Of a stretch of 64,000 nucleotides of DNA, positions 52,201 to 61,426 are shown piece by piece. Each line of letters starts with the position of its first letter. Positions within the stretch are counted from its first letter, which is position 1. Under the pieces are notes generated by a model that was given only the letters and a program-made list of their open reading frames with translations, searched no databases and had not been told where the DNA came from. The stretch lies in the NCBI GenBank assembly GCA_963422615.1, contig OY730414.1, forward strand, positions 1,906,302 through 1,970,301. The letters are read 5' to 3'. A program made the translations under genes and the position numbers. This stretch comes from Longimicrobiales bacterium. GTDB lineage: Bacteria; Gemmatimonadota; Gemmatimonadetes; Longimicrobiales; Gaopeijiaceae.

Positions 52201-54002
52201 GCCGACCAGTCCCTATTCCGGTGATCCGCACTCCCCAAGGGCGGCGCGTCAATGACCCTGCGGGCGGTGCGAATCAACACCTCCGCCTCCGCCGGATCCG
52301 GATCCCCGAAGTCCAGCTCCGGCTCCAAGACGTGGCGAAGGGTTTCGGCGCAACGGCGGTGTTGTGCGAGGGCGGTCGAAGCTCGGGTAAGCGTCTTGGC
52401 AACGACCCGGCGGTCCGCCGGAAGGAATGACGTCCGGCCGCTCACCCAGAAGACGTGTTCGCGGGGGACACCGATCTTGGCAACGAGATTCTGCAGCTCC
52501 TGCGTTTTGTCCCGGCCAGTCTCGAAGTCCATCCGGTTCCACGAAGACGCGGCCCCCAGGGAGAGTTCCGGTCGTTGCGCCGGCAGGCCGGATTCCACCG
52601 CTCGGGCTCGCCCGATCAACGCATTGGGAGTGAACCCGCTGTCTCCGATCGGCGAATTGACGGCAACGGCGTATTCGTTGAGGCGCCTGACCGACTCCTT
52701 CAGGCGGATGCGGTCCTGGGCAGGATCTCCCAGTTCCGGCTCCCCCAGCCTCACGGTGCGTTTAAGCTCGTCAAGAACAGCCCGCTTGTTGGCTTTATGG
52801 CTGTGCAGCTCCAGGCAGGCGTCCCCGATGTGAACCGCGTCCATGCGGCGCTTGACGACCTCCAGGGCGGCCATCTTTTCCGCCACGAAGAGAACCTTCT
52901 TGTCGTCCGCAATCGCATCGGCCAGCAAGTTCGTGATCGTCTGGGACTTGCCCGTTCCCGGCGGGCCCTGGATGACCAGGTTGCGGCCCTTCTTGACGTC
53001 GATGACCGCGAGGGTCTGGGAGCTGTCGGAGTCCACGACTTGGCGGGTGTCGGGAACCTCGGGATGGTCGTCCAGATGAGCGTGGTCGGGGATGGAGGAT
53101 TCCTCTTCCTGGAAGCCCGTACCGTAGAGGGCCTGGATGACCGGGTGATGGCTGGGTTGATAGTCATCCGGCCAGCGGTCCGGCTCCAGGTCCTTGTAGA
53201 TGAGCAGTTTGCTGAACGAGAAGAACCCCAAGTGGACGGCAAGGGCATCGACGGACCACCCCTTCCGGTCTGCAACCGCCTCCCCGACCCCGTTGAAGTA
53301 GTCTTCGAGCTCCAGATCTTCCGGGTCGGGGAGCTCGGGAAGCCGGATCCCGAAGTCCCCGCCGAGCTTGGTTTCCAGGGAGAGGTTGGCGTCGATCTCC
53401 TCCTTCGTCCACGCCACCTTGAAGCGGGCGCGGGCCGAGGCGCGGGACAGCTCCACCGGAACCAGCACCAGGGGCGCCATTCGCTTTGTGTCGCTCCCAT
53501 CCGATTCGTACCACCGGAGCATGCCCAGGCCGAAGTAGAGAATGTTGACGCCCTGTTCTTCGATGGACGTCCGGGCATGGCGCAGGGTGTTGCGCAAGAA
53601 ACGATCAAGCTGGTCCTTGGGGTAGGCCGTCTGAAGCTTGTTGTCGGTATGGTGCTCTGGAACCGGAGCGTCTTCGGCCGCATGTCCCTCCCAAAAGAAT
53701 TCGTCCGCTTCTACGGGGTGTTCCCCTGCGACCGGGTGTTCCCCTGCAACATGGCCATCCGCCGGCGGGTCCTTCGGGGCGGCCAGAAAGTACATGGCGC
53801 GCTCCTTGCGGACGAGGATTCGGAAGATCTCCCGGGGAAGCTCCTGGACGATTTCCACCCCGCGCGCCTTCAGTGGACGGAAGTTCAGGAGCGGATTGCG
53901 CAGCGTCAGGTCCAGCAGATCCTGACGGGAGTCTTCCAGCTTCTTCGCGATGTCCTTGGCGGAAACCGCCGCCGGTTCCGCCGAAGGAGTCTCGGAGGTC
54001 AT
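49233..54002 (-). CDS. DUF4011 - SF1 (DNA2/NAM7) helicase - Vsr/MTES_1575-like nuclease - DUF3320 protein (Hhe-like putative antiphage protein), 1589 aa
   Basis: LLDLTLRNPLLNF; QGPPGTGKSQT; FDEASQ; GDSKQLPP; HYRS; VQGDERD; RLNVLITRAR; IECDGAAYH..RDRDRLRQ..GW..RIWSTDW. Confidence 0.88.
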   Translation of the reverse strand: MTSETPSAEPAAVSAKDIAKKLEDSRQDLLDLTLRNPLLNFRPLKARGVEIVQELPREIFRILVRKERAMYFLAAPKDPPADGHVAGEHPVAGEHPVEADEFFWEGHAAEDAPVPEHHTDNKLQTAYPKDQLDRFLRNTLRHARTSIEEQGVNILYFGLGMLRWYESDGSDTKRMAPLVLVPVELSRASARARFKVAWTKEEIDANLSLETKLGGDFGIRLPELPDPEDLELEDYFNGVGEAVADRKGWSVDALAVHLGFFSFSKLLIYKDLEPDRWPDDYQPSHHPVIQALYGTGFQEEESSIPDHAHLDDHPEVPDTRQVVDSDSSQTLAVIDVKKGRNLVIQGPPGTGKSQTITNLLADAIADDKKVLFVAEKMAALEVVKRRMDAVHIGDACLELHSHKANKRAVLDELKRTVRLGEPELGDPAQDRIRLKESVRRLNEYAVAVNSPIGDSGFTPNALIGRARAVESGLPAQRPELSLGAASSWNRMDFETGRDKTQELQNLVAKIGVPREHVFWVSGRTSFLPADRRVVAKTLTRASTALAQHRRCAETLRHVLEPELDFGDPDPAEAEVLIRTARRVIDAPPLGSADHRNRDWSARAPEIEGVIRKAAEITRVRSEYDAVLIPEAWSANVLAFRAGLAGYERKWWRVFSGEYRRARNALRGLCQKGLPAAGKQLALVDAILRVQRLDEGIRESDELISSLLPGLGLNRERATYRVLAETGKWLLELHWETENESVDRCVHDLLDRDGDRTKLEGDALACRASADEYSACFSAVAQVLEMSPARFQEGSAPGERPFSEEERWLDAAREQVDSLHDVVGFSQVEKRLAELGLESVAEVAAYWEAAGTKLVGLFECHAYEAWLGRAFRERPILNEFDGSAHQGVIDRFRALDRDAFRHDQGRVAQLHWGRIPRGHGGGQLGTLRREFEKKTRHLPLRKLMVQAGNPIQQIKPVFMMSPLSIAKYIPPGSVRFDLVVFDEASQVRPAEALGAILRARQAVVVGDSKQLPPTSFFDRVKEDENQERSETADLESILGMFCAQGAPEKTLRWHYRSRHESLIAVSNHEFYDNRLVVFPSPDKEREASGLQLRHEPEMYYQPGSGGRVNRDEAKAVAQAVMEHAERYPYLTLGVATFSLAQARRIEDELEMLRRRNLSHEAFFSAHPEEPFFVKNLENVQGDERDVIFISVGYGKRKGGYMSMAFGPLNRDGGERRLNVLITRARRRCVVHSNFVAHDLDLKRSNARGVRALKTFLKYAETGSLDVPEVTGRSADSPFEEAVASALRARGHTVDHQVGSAGFFIDLAVVDPQRPGRYLLGIECDGAAYHSARSARDRDRLRQQVLEGLGWRIHRIWSTDWFRHPARELERAEEAIRKASGGLPRVESLPSPTRSQPLIRVRPKIEEERVGSAVPYEMALVEIHLDGLDFHQVARPRLLKWIEEVVRVESPVHIDEVAGRIVSAVGVSRTEQNRKRVAEAVRLGTWQGAFLKKGDFLWRPGHELKTFRHCAGMLRAAVIAPEEIALALRHAIRASHGIGEDEAIGNARGALGFKRTGRVMKARFAQVLGGMVEGGEVEERGAFLCLPSASG

Positions 54003-55951
54003 CAGCCCTCTCTGGACCCGTACCGCTCCCTCAGTTCGCCGACCACCGCCGGATCCGCCAGGGTCGTGGTATCCCCCAGGGTCCTTCCGGCCGCGATGTC
54101 TCCCAGAAGCCGACGCATGATCTTCCCCGAACGGGTCTTGGGGAGGTCGGCGGTGAAGAGAACCGCTTCCGGGCGGGCGATCGGGCCGATGCTGTCCGCC
54201 ACGTGGGCCTTGAGTTCGGCCTTCAGATCCTCGTTCCCCTCTTTGTCTCCCATGAGGGTGACGAAGGCGGCGATGGCCTGCCCCTTCACCTCGTGAGGCT
54301 GACCGACCACTGCGGCCTCGGCAACGGCGGGGTGCTCCACCAGGGCGCTCTCCACCTCCATGGTCCCGATTCGGTGACCCGATACGTTCAAGACATCGTC
54401 CACCCGTCCCAGAATCCACAGGTAACCGTCCTCATCCCGCTTGGCCCCGTCTCCGGCGAAGTACACTCCCTCCCACTTGGACCAGTACTGCCGGCGGTAC
54501 CGTTCGTCATCCCCGTAAAGGGTCCTCAACATGGCGGGCCAGGGACGGGGAATGGCCAGGTAGCCCGCGTCTGCAGACTCCCCGGCGTCGTTCAGAAGGG
54601 CCACCTGGATCCCCGGAAAAGGGCGGCAAGCGCTGCCGGGCCGGGTGTGAGTAATCCCGGGTATGGGCGTGATCATGATCGCCCCGGTTTCGGTCTGCCA
54701 CCACGTATCCACGATGGGGCACCGCTCCCCGCCGATCACCCGGTGGTACCACATCCAGGCTTCCGGGTTGATGGGCTCCCCCACGGTCCCCAGGAGGCGA
54801 AGGCCGGTCAGATCGTGCCGACCCGGCCACTCCTCCCCCCACCGCATGAAGGCGCGGATCGCCGTGGGTGCGGTGTAGAAGATCGTGACGCTTTGTTGCT
54901 GACAGATTTGCCAGCATCGGTCCTGGCCGGGCCAGTCGGGCGCCCCTTCATACATGACCACGGTAGCCCCGGCGGCGAGGGGGCCGTACACGACGTAACT
55001 GTGCCCGGTGACCCAGCCCACATCTGCGGTGCACCAGAATACGTCGTCCTCCTTCAAGTCGAAGACCATCTTCATGGTCGCGTGAACCTGGGTCAGGTAT
55101 CCTCCTGTCGTGTGAACCACCCCCTTGGGCTTCCCGGTGGTTCCCGACGTGTAGAGGATGTAGAGAGGATCCTCGGCGTCCATGGCTTCGGCTTCACACG
55201 AGTCATCCGCTCCGGCTGCCAAGTCATGGTACCAGGAGTCGCGGCCAGGGACCATGTTGATGGATCCGTCTCTCTCCGCTTCCCTCCCCACAACCACGAC
55301 ATGCTCGATGCCGGGACAGTCCCGGACCGCCCGATCCGCCTTCTTCTTGAGGGGCACACGCGCCCCTCGCCGGTACCCAAAGTCCGCCGTGATCAGCACC
55401 CTGGCTCCCGCATCATTGATGCGGTCCCTCAAGGACGCCGAGCTGAAGCCCCCGAAGACCACCGAATGCGGAGCTCCGATCCTGGCGCAGGCCAGCATGG
55501 CGAAGACGGCTTCGGGAATCATGGGCAGATAGATCGCAACCCGATCCCCCTTTCCCACCCCCAGCTTCTTGAGGACCGTGGCGAACCGTCCTGCTTCCCG
55601 TTTCAGATCGGCATACGAGAACGTCCGGCGATCTCCCGGCTCGCCCTCCCAAATCAGCGCCATCTTGTTCCGACGGGAGCCCTGTAGATGCCGGTCCACG
55701 CAGTTGTAGCAGACGTTGAGCGTACCGCCGCCAAACCATTCGGCTCGAGGGGGTTCCCACTTCAATACCCGATCCCATTTCTTGAACCACGCCAGCTCGG
55801 TTGCCCACTCCGCCCAGAACGCTTCGTAATCCTCGGCTTCCTCGTACACCGTGGGGTCGGAGACCCGCGCCTCCTGGGCGAAGCTCGGCGGCGGGCTGAA
55901 CGTTCGATTTTCGGTGAGTAGCGCATCAAGGGTGGCTCCATCATCGGGCAT
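54002..55951 (-). CDS. acs: Acetyl-CoA synthetase
   Basis: [38 protein letters not shown]. Confidence 0.97.
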   Translation of the reverse strand: MPDDGATLDALLTENRTFSPPPSFAQEARVSDPTVYEEAEDYEAFWAEWATELAWFKKWDRVLKWEPPRAEWFGGGTLNVCYNCVDRHLQGSRRNKMALIWEGEPGDRRTFSYADLKREAGRFATVLKKLGVGKGDRVAIYLPMIPEAVFAMLACARIGAPHSVVFGGFSSASLRDRINDAGARVLITADFGYRRGARVPLKKKADRAVRDCPGIEHVVVVGREAERDGSINMVPGRDSWYHDLAAGADDSCEAEAMDAEDPLYILYTSGTTGKPKGVVHTTGGYLTQVHATMKMVFDLKEDDVFWCTADVGWVTGHSYVVYGPLAAGATVVMYEGAPDWPGQDRCWQICQQQSVTIFYTAPTAIRAFMRWGEEWPGRHDLTGLRLLGTVGEPINPEAWMWYHRVIGGERCPIVDTWWQTETGAIMITPIPGITHTRPGSACRPFPGIQVALLNDAGESADAGYLAIPRPWPAMLRTLYGDDERYRRQYWSKWEGVYFAGDGAKRDEDGYLWILGRVDDVLNVSGHRIGTMEVESALVEHPAVAEAAVVGQPHEVKGQAIAAFVTLMGDKEGNEDLKAELKAHVADSIGPIARPEAVLFTADLPKTRSGKIMRRLLGDIAAGRTLGDTTTLADPAVVGELRERYGSREG

Positions 55952-56264
55952 CGCTGAACCTCGCTGGATTCGAAGGGGTCAAAGCGGGCCGCCAAAGAAG
56001 CCCTCATCGGACCCCAAGACAGGGGAAGAAGTTGGCCAAAAGGGGGAGGAGGGAGGGTCCTTGGAAGGGGTTGGGACGGTCGGGGGAGGTTCGAAAAGTA
56101 CGGGATCCGCGAGTGGGGCCGCCTTGGGGGTTCGGCCCTCCCGTCCGCCCTCAGCCTCACGGGAGGTCCTCCCCAAGAAAAGATCTGCGCCCCGGGTGGA
56201 CTCCCGCCAGAACGATCCCATGATCGGCTCGGGCGGAAGCGCAGCCAAACCGGTCCGCGAACCC

Positions 56265-56525
56265 TCAGGCGCGGGGTCTCCTGCGCGCCCGCCCCAACGC
56301 CGAACGCAAACGGCGACGCAGCTCCACGCCAGACATGGTGTCCAAGGTACGCTCTGCCGTACGACGAGAGTTCCATCGAACGTCCACAAGGGAGACGGAA
56401 TCGCCGCTTCGGCCCCCGCCCAGATCTTCCAGGGTCAAGTAGAACCGCCCCTTGTAGTCGCCGCCCTCCTCCCCGGTAACCCGCGCCATCCACGGATCTC
56501 CACGGCCATCGACGAACTCTCGCAC
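56265..56525 (-). CDS. Small hypothetical protein (86 aa)
   Basis: GGAGG upstream of GTG; natural-looking composition; fills gap on the operon strand. Confidence 0.6.
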   Translation of the reverse strand: MREFVDGRGDPWMARVTGEEGGDYKGRFYLTLEDLGGGRSGDSVSLVDVRWNSRRTAERTLDTMSGVELRRRLRSALGRARRRPRA

Positions 56526-56686
56526 GGAACCTCCGGTTGGTCGGCTGGGGACTCAATCAAACATACATAGAGAGGGACCGACGGAGGAACCCGGATAAGG
56601 CGAACGAACAAGGAAGATTCCTGGCTCCTCCTCTTCTTCGCGAAGCGGCGAATGACCGGCGGCGTTACCGTTCCCCCGCCTCCGGG

Positions 56687-57487
56687 CTACGCTCGTTCGG
56701 CCCGGAGCTTCTCCTGGTGGCGCACCTCGGGAAATTCGTAGTAGAGGAGGCCCTCTTCGCTGATGTCGGATCGCACCCTGAAGCCGTCGTCCATTTTTGT
56801 CAGGAGGGCTTCGGCTGCGGGTAGCGACAAGTTAAGCTCGGTGGCAACTTCCGTGACCGTAAGAATTCCGTCCCGCTGGGTCGCGAGCCCCAGGACCCCT
56901 TGGTGAAGCCCCTGAAGCTCCGCACGACGCCGCTCCTGGAGGCTATTCCAGCCCCACAAGAACAACCCCGAACCGAACATCCCGATAAGGGAACCAACGA
57001 AGATGGGCGGCCCGTCCCCTCCCAAAATGCCCGCGGTGATAATGAGGGTAGCCAGCACCCCCATCAGTCCCCCGACAATCCGTCTCCCGACCCCGCTTCG
57101 GGGAAGGGGCACCGAAGCCGAAGGCGGTGTCCCCGAAGAAAGAACCGGAACGGGTCGTTCCTCGATCGGGGCGGTCTGGACTTTGGCTGGTTCGCGGGCG
57201 TGCTCCCATCCGAAACCGCAACGGGCACAGACCTGGTGTTTGCGGCGGGCGGCGTAATAGAAGACGCCCCCGATCCCGTAGGAAAAAAAACTCAGCCCCG
57301 CCAGCAGGCCGACGTTTCCTGCCTTGCGAAAGTACGGAATAGCATCCCCCCGGTACCCGCAACGGGGACACTGTAGAAGATGCCTCGAGGGGACGGCGGG
57401 AACCCGAGGCCTACCCGCGACCGCTCCGCAGGTCGGGCATCGCTTCTCGTCGTCCTGGAAGGTTTCTCCACACGTCGAACACCGCAT
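56687..57487 (-). CDS. Zinc-ribbon/LITAF-like membrane protein with C-terminal wHTH-like domain
   Basis: CSTC..CPTC; CPRC-hydrophobic-HQVCARC; two TM helices; LTVTEVATELNLSLPAAEALL. Confidence 0.7.
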   Translation of the reverse strand: MRCSTCGETFQDDEKRCPTCGAVAGRPRVPAVPSRHLLQCPRCGYRGDAIPYFRKAGNVGLLAGLSFFSYGIGGVFYYAARRKHQVCARCGFGWEHAREPAKVQTAPIEERPVPVLSSGTPPSASVPLPRSGVGRRIVGGLMGVLATLIITAGILGGDGPPIFVGSLIGMFGSGLFLWGWNSLQERRRAELQGLHQGVLGLATQRDGILTVTEVATELNLSLPAAEALLTKMDDGFRVRSDISEEGLLYYEFPEVRHQEKLRAERA

Positions 57488-57661
57488 CAGATCCTTGATC
57501 CCTTCACCCACAAGTCGCCCTGAACCCGCCTTTGACACCCTTAGCTCCGTCTTCCAGTACGATGCCCCCATTCCGAAGATTCACCCGGGCTAGGTAGGGT
57601 ACGACCCGGCCAATCAGATTACATTGACTGGGCACGAGGGCAACACCTTGTCTACTGGACT

Positions 57662-58372
57662 ATGGCCATTCATCGGATGATCCGCGCTCTAATTCCACTC
57701 TTGATACCAAGTTTGACCGTCGGAGGTCCCGCTTTCGCCCAATCGATTCCTTCTCCGTACCGCTACATCGAAAACGGACAGGAAGCGGGCGTTCTCGCAG
57801 GCACCCTCTTCCTTACCCGGGGATCTTGGGACCTGGCCCCCGAGTCGGGGAACTTCCTGGGCGGACGCTACCTCATCGAGGTCAGCGGTCCCCTCTTCAT
57901 GGAGGGGTTGCTCACGTATCTGCCCACGTCGAGGAAGGTGATCGACCCGCGCCGCTCCGAGGGCGACCGAGCCATCGGCAAGACGGATGCTCACATCGTC
58001 ATGGCCGAAGCGCGCCTGTCCTTCAGCTTGACGGGGCGCAGGACCTGGCACGGGTTGAGTCCTCACCTCTTCATCGGGGGAGGCGTAGCCACCGATGCCG
58101 CCGGTTCGAGTAAATTGGAAGAAGTGCTCTTGCAAGATGACCGTTTCGACTTCGGAACCAACTTCACCGTCTCCGCCGGCACGGGACTCCGGTTCGCGCT
58201 GTCGTCGAAGATCATGCTTCGGCTGGACCCGTCCATGATTCTGTGGCGGATCGACACCCCGGCGGGATTCGACGATCCGGTCAAGGGGCTGGGCACGCAA
58301 GACGAGCCCGTTGCGGAGCGAGAGTGGATCAATGGGTACGCCCTCACTCTGGGCGTCGCTTGGCGGTTCTGA
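57662..58372 (+). CDS. Outer-membrane beta-barrel protein (small, OmpA/OmpW-like)
   Basis: Signal peptide AFA-Q; amphipathic strands; C-terminal LGVAWRF. Confidence 0.7.
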   Translation: MAIHRMIRALIPLLIPSLTVGGPAFAQSIPSPYRYIENGQEAGVLAGTLFLTRGSWDLAPESGNFLGGRYLIEVSGPLFMEGLLTYLPTSRKVIDPRRSEGDRAIGKTDAHIVMAEARLSFSLTGRRTWHGLSPHLFIGGGVATDAAGSSKLEEVLLQDDRFDFGTNFTVSAGTGLRFALSSKIMLRLDPSMILWRIDTPAGFDDPVKGLGTQDEPVAEREWINGYALTLGVAWRF

Positions 58373-58389
58373 ATCCGGGAACACGGGAG

Positions 58390-59670
58390 ATGGCCGATTT
58401 CGAACGCCTCGAAGCCGATTGGCTTTCCTACGACGAAGCCCGAGCCCGGATTCTCTCGATGGCCTCCCCCCTGTCCACGGAAACTCTCCCCCCCGGAGAG
58501 GCGCTTGGGCGCTCCCTCTCGGCCCCGGTCCATGCCAAGGCCACGCTCCCGGCTTGGCGGAACAGCGCCATGGACGGCTTCTCGGTACGCAGCGAAGACC
58601 TGGATGGGGGGGACCGGACGGAGCTCCGACTCCCCGTAGCGGAGAGGAGAGCGTACCCCGGTTCGGTCCCGATGACAGGAGTGCCGAAGGGATCGGCCGT
58701 GCGGATCATGACGGGGGGACCCGTCCCCGACGGCTTCGACTCGGTGATTCGCGTAGAGCACACGGACGGAGGGGCGGTGCCTGGCTTCGTGGTGATTCGG
58801 CGCACCGACGACCGGGGAAAGCACGTGCGGCGGCCCGGTCAGGACACGCGATTCGGAGAAGAAATGGTTCCCGCGGGAACCGTCGTCCACTCGGGATCCC
58901 TGCCGGTCATCCTTGCGAGCGGATGCGCCTCCGTACCGGTCTTCCGTCGACCCCGGGTCGGCGTGCTGTCCAGCGGGGACGAGCTGGTCGGCCCGGGCGA
59001 CTTCGAGCTCGTAACGGAGGGGAAGGCCATCCCGGACACCAACAAGAGCATGATTGCCGCCGCCGTCTCCGAGATGGGGGGAGATCCGGTTGACCTGGGT
59101 GTGGCAGCCGACGACCCGGCCGATCTGGAGAAAAGACTGCGGGCGGCCGAGGGTCTGGACCTCCTTGTTACGACGGGAGGGGCGTCCATGGGAGAGCGGG
59201 ACTTGGTGAAGCGCGTATTGATGAAGCTTTCATTCCGCCTCTCCTTCTGGCGGGTCCGGATTCGTCCGGGCAGTCCGCTTTCTCTGGGGCACCTGTCCCT
59301 GGGAAACCGGGAAATCCCGGTATTCAGCCTCCCCGGGAACCCGGCATCCGCATTCGTCACCTTTCACGTGTTCGTGGCGCCCTATTTGCGGGCCCGATTG
59401 GGTTCATCCCGGCCGACCGGAACCCGGATCGTCGCCCGAACCGACACCAAATTGACCTCCCCTGGCTCGCTGACCCATTTTTACCGGGTTCGCCTCAACC
59501 CTCCGGGAAAGCCGGACGAAGGTGTCCGCTGTTCGCTAACCGGGCCCCAGGGTAGCGGCTTGGTGCGGTCGCTCCGGGATGCCGACGGACTCGCGATCGT
59601 TCCCGAGGGCACCCGCCACATCGGGCCCGGGGAGCCCGTTTCCGTCATCCTTCTGCCGGGTGCCAAGTAA
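58390..59670 (+). CDS. moeA: Molybdopterin molybdotransferase
   Basis: SAMDGF, RIMTG, SSGDEL, TTGGASMGERD, LPGNP, QGSG. Confidence 0.95.
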   Translation: MADFERLEADWLSYDEARARILSMASPLSTETLPPGEALGRSLSAPVHAKATLPAWRNSAMDGFSVRSEDLDGGDRTELRLPVAERRAYPGSVPMTGVPKGSAVRIMTGGPVPDGFDSVIRVEHTDGGAVPGFVVIRRTDDRGKHVRRPGQDTRFGEEMVPAGTVVHSGSLPVILASGCASVPVFRRPRVGVLSSGDELVGPGDFELVTEGKAIPDTNKSMIAAAVSEMGGDPVDLGVAADDPADLEKRLRAAEGLDLLVTTGGASMGERDLVKRVLMKLSFRLSFWRVRIRPGSPLSLGHLSLGNREIPVFSLPGNPASAFVTFHVFVAPYLRARLGSSRPTGTRIVARTDTKLTSPGSLTHFYRVRLNPPGKPDEGVRCSLTGPQGSGLVRSLRDADGLAIVPEGTRHIGPGEPVSVILLPGAK

Positions 59671-59708
59671 ATGCCAGAAGGACCCCGCCTCCGGAGCTCC
59701 TCCGCTCC

Positions 59709-60206
59709 ATGGACGCGCCATTGAAGCCCCGGGTCTCCCGCAGGGCCGGGCGGCGACCGGTCGATTTTCTCCTGGGCCTTCTGCTTCTTCTGGCTTCCCT
59801 CGCCCAAGCGTGTCAGACACCCCAGTGGCCCGTTGAAGGCCCCCTACGGTCTCCGTACGGCATCCGCATGGAGGGAGCGCTCACGGGCCTTCACCGGGGG
59901 GTGGACATCGCCGCCGACGTCGGTACGCCCGTGCGGCCGCTACTGAGCGGCCGGGTTCGCTTCGCCGGGACGATGGACGGGTACGGCCACGTCGTATGGA
60001 TCGACCACGGCACCGACCTGCTCTCCGTCTATGCCCACCTCTCCCAGATTACCGTCGAAGCAGGCCAGGAGGTCAACAAGGGCACGATTGTCGGCAGGAC
60101 GGGCCAGTCGGGAAACACCACCGGACCCCACCTTCATCTGGAAGTATGGCGCTGGGGTCGAGAAGTGGACCCGGTCCAGTTTCTCGGAGGACCTCCCGGG
60201 GACTAG
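59709..60206 (+). CDS. M23 family metallopeptidase (small, probable lipoprotein)
   Basis: HRGVD, YAHL, TGPHLHLEV; LAQAC. Confidence 0.88.
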   Translation: MDAPLKPRVSRRAGRRPVDFLLGLLLLLASLAQACQTPQWPVEGPLRSPYGIRMEGALTGLHRGVDIAADVGTPVRPLLSGRVRFAGTMDGYGHVVWIDHGTDLLSVYAHLSQITVEAGQEVNKGTIVGRTGQSGNTTGPHLHLEVWRWGREVDPVQFLGGPPGD

Positions 60207-60258
60207 CTTCCTCCCTCGCCCGTGCAGGCGTTCGAACGCTCCGCCGAACCTCTCGAGC

Positions 60259-61248
60259 TCAAGACTCGCGCAGCTCTCGAATGGCCTTGGTAAGCTCGGG
60301 AACGACCTCGAACACGTCCCCCACGATTCCGTAGTCGGCCACCCCGAAGATCGGGGCGTCCGCATCTCGGTTCACGGATACGATGACTTCGGAGGTCCGC
60401 ATTCCCGCCAGATGCTGGATCGCCCCCGAAATCCCCAGGGCGAAGTACAGCTTCGGCGTCACGGTCTTCCCCGTCTGGCCGACCTGCTCCGAGTGAGGGC
60501 GCCATCCCGCATCGACGACGGCCCGGGAAGCCCCCAGGGCGGCCGCCTCTCCCAAGGCATCCCGAAGAGCACCGAGGAGGTGCCAGTTCTCGGGCCCCTT
60601 CATACCCCGTCCGCCCGAGACCACGACGGCGGCCTCCGAGACGTCGATGGCAGCACCCTCGGATGCCTCGAATCCCTTGACCCGGTAGCCCCCGGGGCAG
60701 GGGGTCGTTTCGGTACGCACCGTCTCCAGGACTACAGCGTCCCGGGACGCTTCCAACCCGGGAAACACATTGGGCCGGACGGAAACCAGGGCGGGCGCCA
60801 TCGGGATCCGCACCCGGGCGAGGGCTTTTCCGGCAAAAACGGGACGGGTGGCCACAATTTCCCCGCTGTCGACTTCCAGCGCCGTCACGTCGCTGAGAAG
60901 GGGAGATTCCAGCTTGGCCGCCACCCTGGGGGCCAGGTCCTTCCCCCGGGCGGTCGCCGCGAAGAGAACCGCCCCATACCTGTGTCGGCCGATGTGGTCT
61001 GCCAGGAGACCGGCCCGGACATCGACCCGACCCGGTCCCAGGTCGTCGGACTCGATCCCCACAATCCGGTCGGCTCCGAAGAACGCCAAGCCCGACGCCG
61101 CGTTCGCCGTCCCGAGTTGTCCCGTGGCAACGGCATGGAGCGAACTCCCCAGGGCGTCGGCCACGCCCCTGGCCGCCGACACCACCTCTTTCGACACGCT
61201 CCCCAGAACACCGTTCTTCAACTCCGCCACGGCCAGGACATCATTCAT
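60259..61248 (-). CDS. etfA: Electron transfer flavoprotein alpha subunit
   Basis: VVSGGRG, GASRAVVDAGW, QVGQTGK, GISGAIQHLAG. Confidence 0.96.
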   Translation of the reverse strand: MNDVLAVAELKNGVLGSVSKEVVSAARGVADALGSSLHAVATGQLGTANAASGLAFFGADRIVGIESDDLGPGRVDVRAGLLADHIGRHRYGAVLFAATARGKDLAPRVAAKLESPLLSDVTALEVDSGEIVATRPVFAGKALARVRIPMAPALVSVRPNVFPGLEASRDAVVLETVRTETTPCPGGYRVKGFEASEGAAIDVSEAAVVVSGGRGMKGPENWHLLGALRDALGEAAALGASRAVVDAGWRPHSEQVGQTGKTVTPKLYFALGISGAIQHLAGMRTSEVIVSVNRDADAPIFGVADYGIVGDVFEVVPELTKAIRELRES

Positions 61249-61426
61249 GCCTGTCCATCTCCACCGTCATGTTCCCTTCTCCTTCCCCTTCTCCCCAAAA
61301 CCCTTCGCCGACCCGTGGAGGCCAAGCCGCCATGGAGACACGCCCGGTCTTGCCCATGCATTCCTTATGTGCCCCGTAGGACCCGACCCAAAGGGCATCA
61401 CCCCGTTCACCCCGTAATCCTGGATC

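Noticed and set aside
54003..54419. N-terminal 139 aa of the 1728-aa ORF, suggesting an acs overlap or fusion
   Set aside because: Alternative-frame read through the acs 3' end; the real start is most likely ATG 54002.
52455..55687. 613-aa and 604-aa plus-strand ORFs
   Set aside because: Antisense to the helicase and acs genes.
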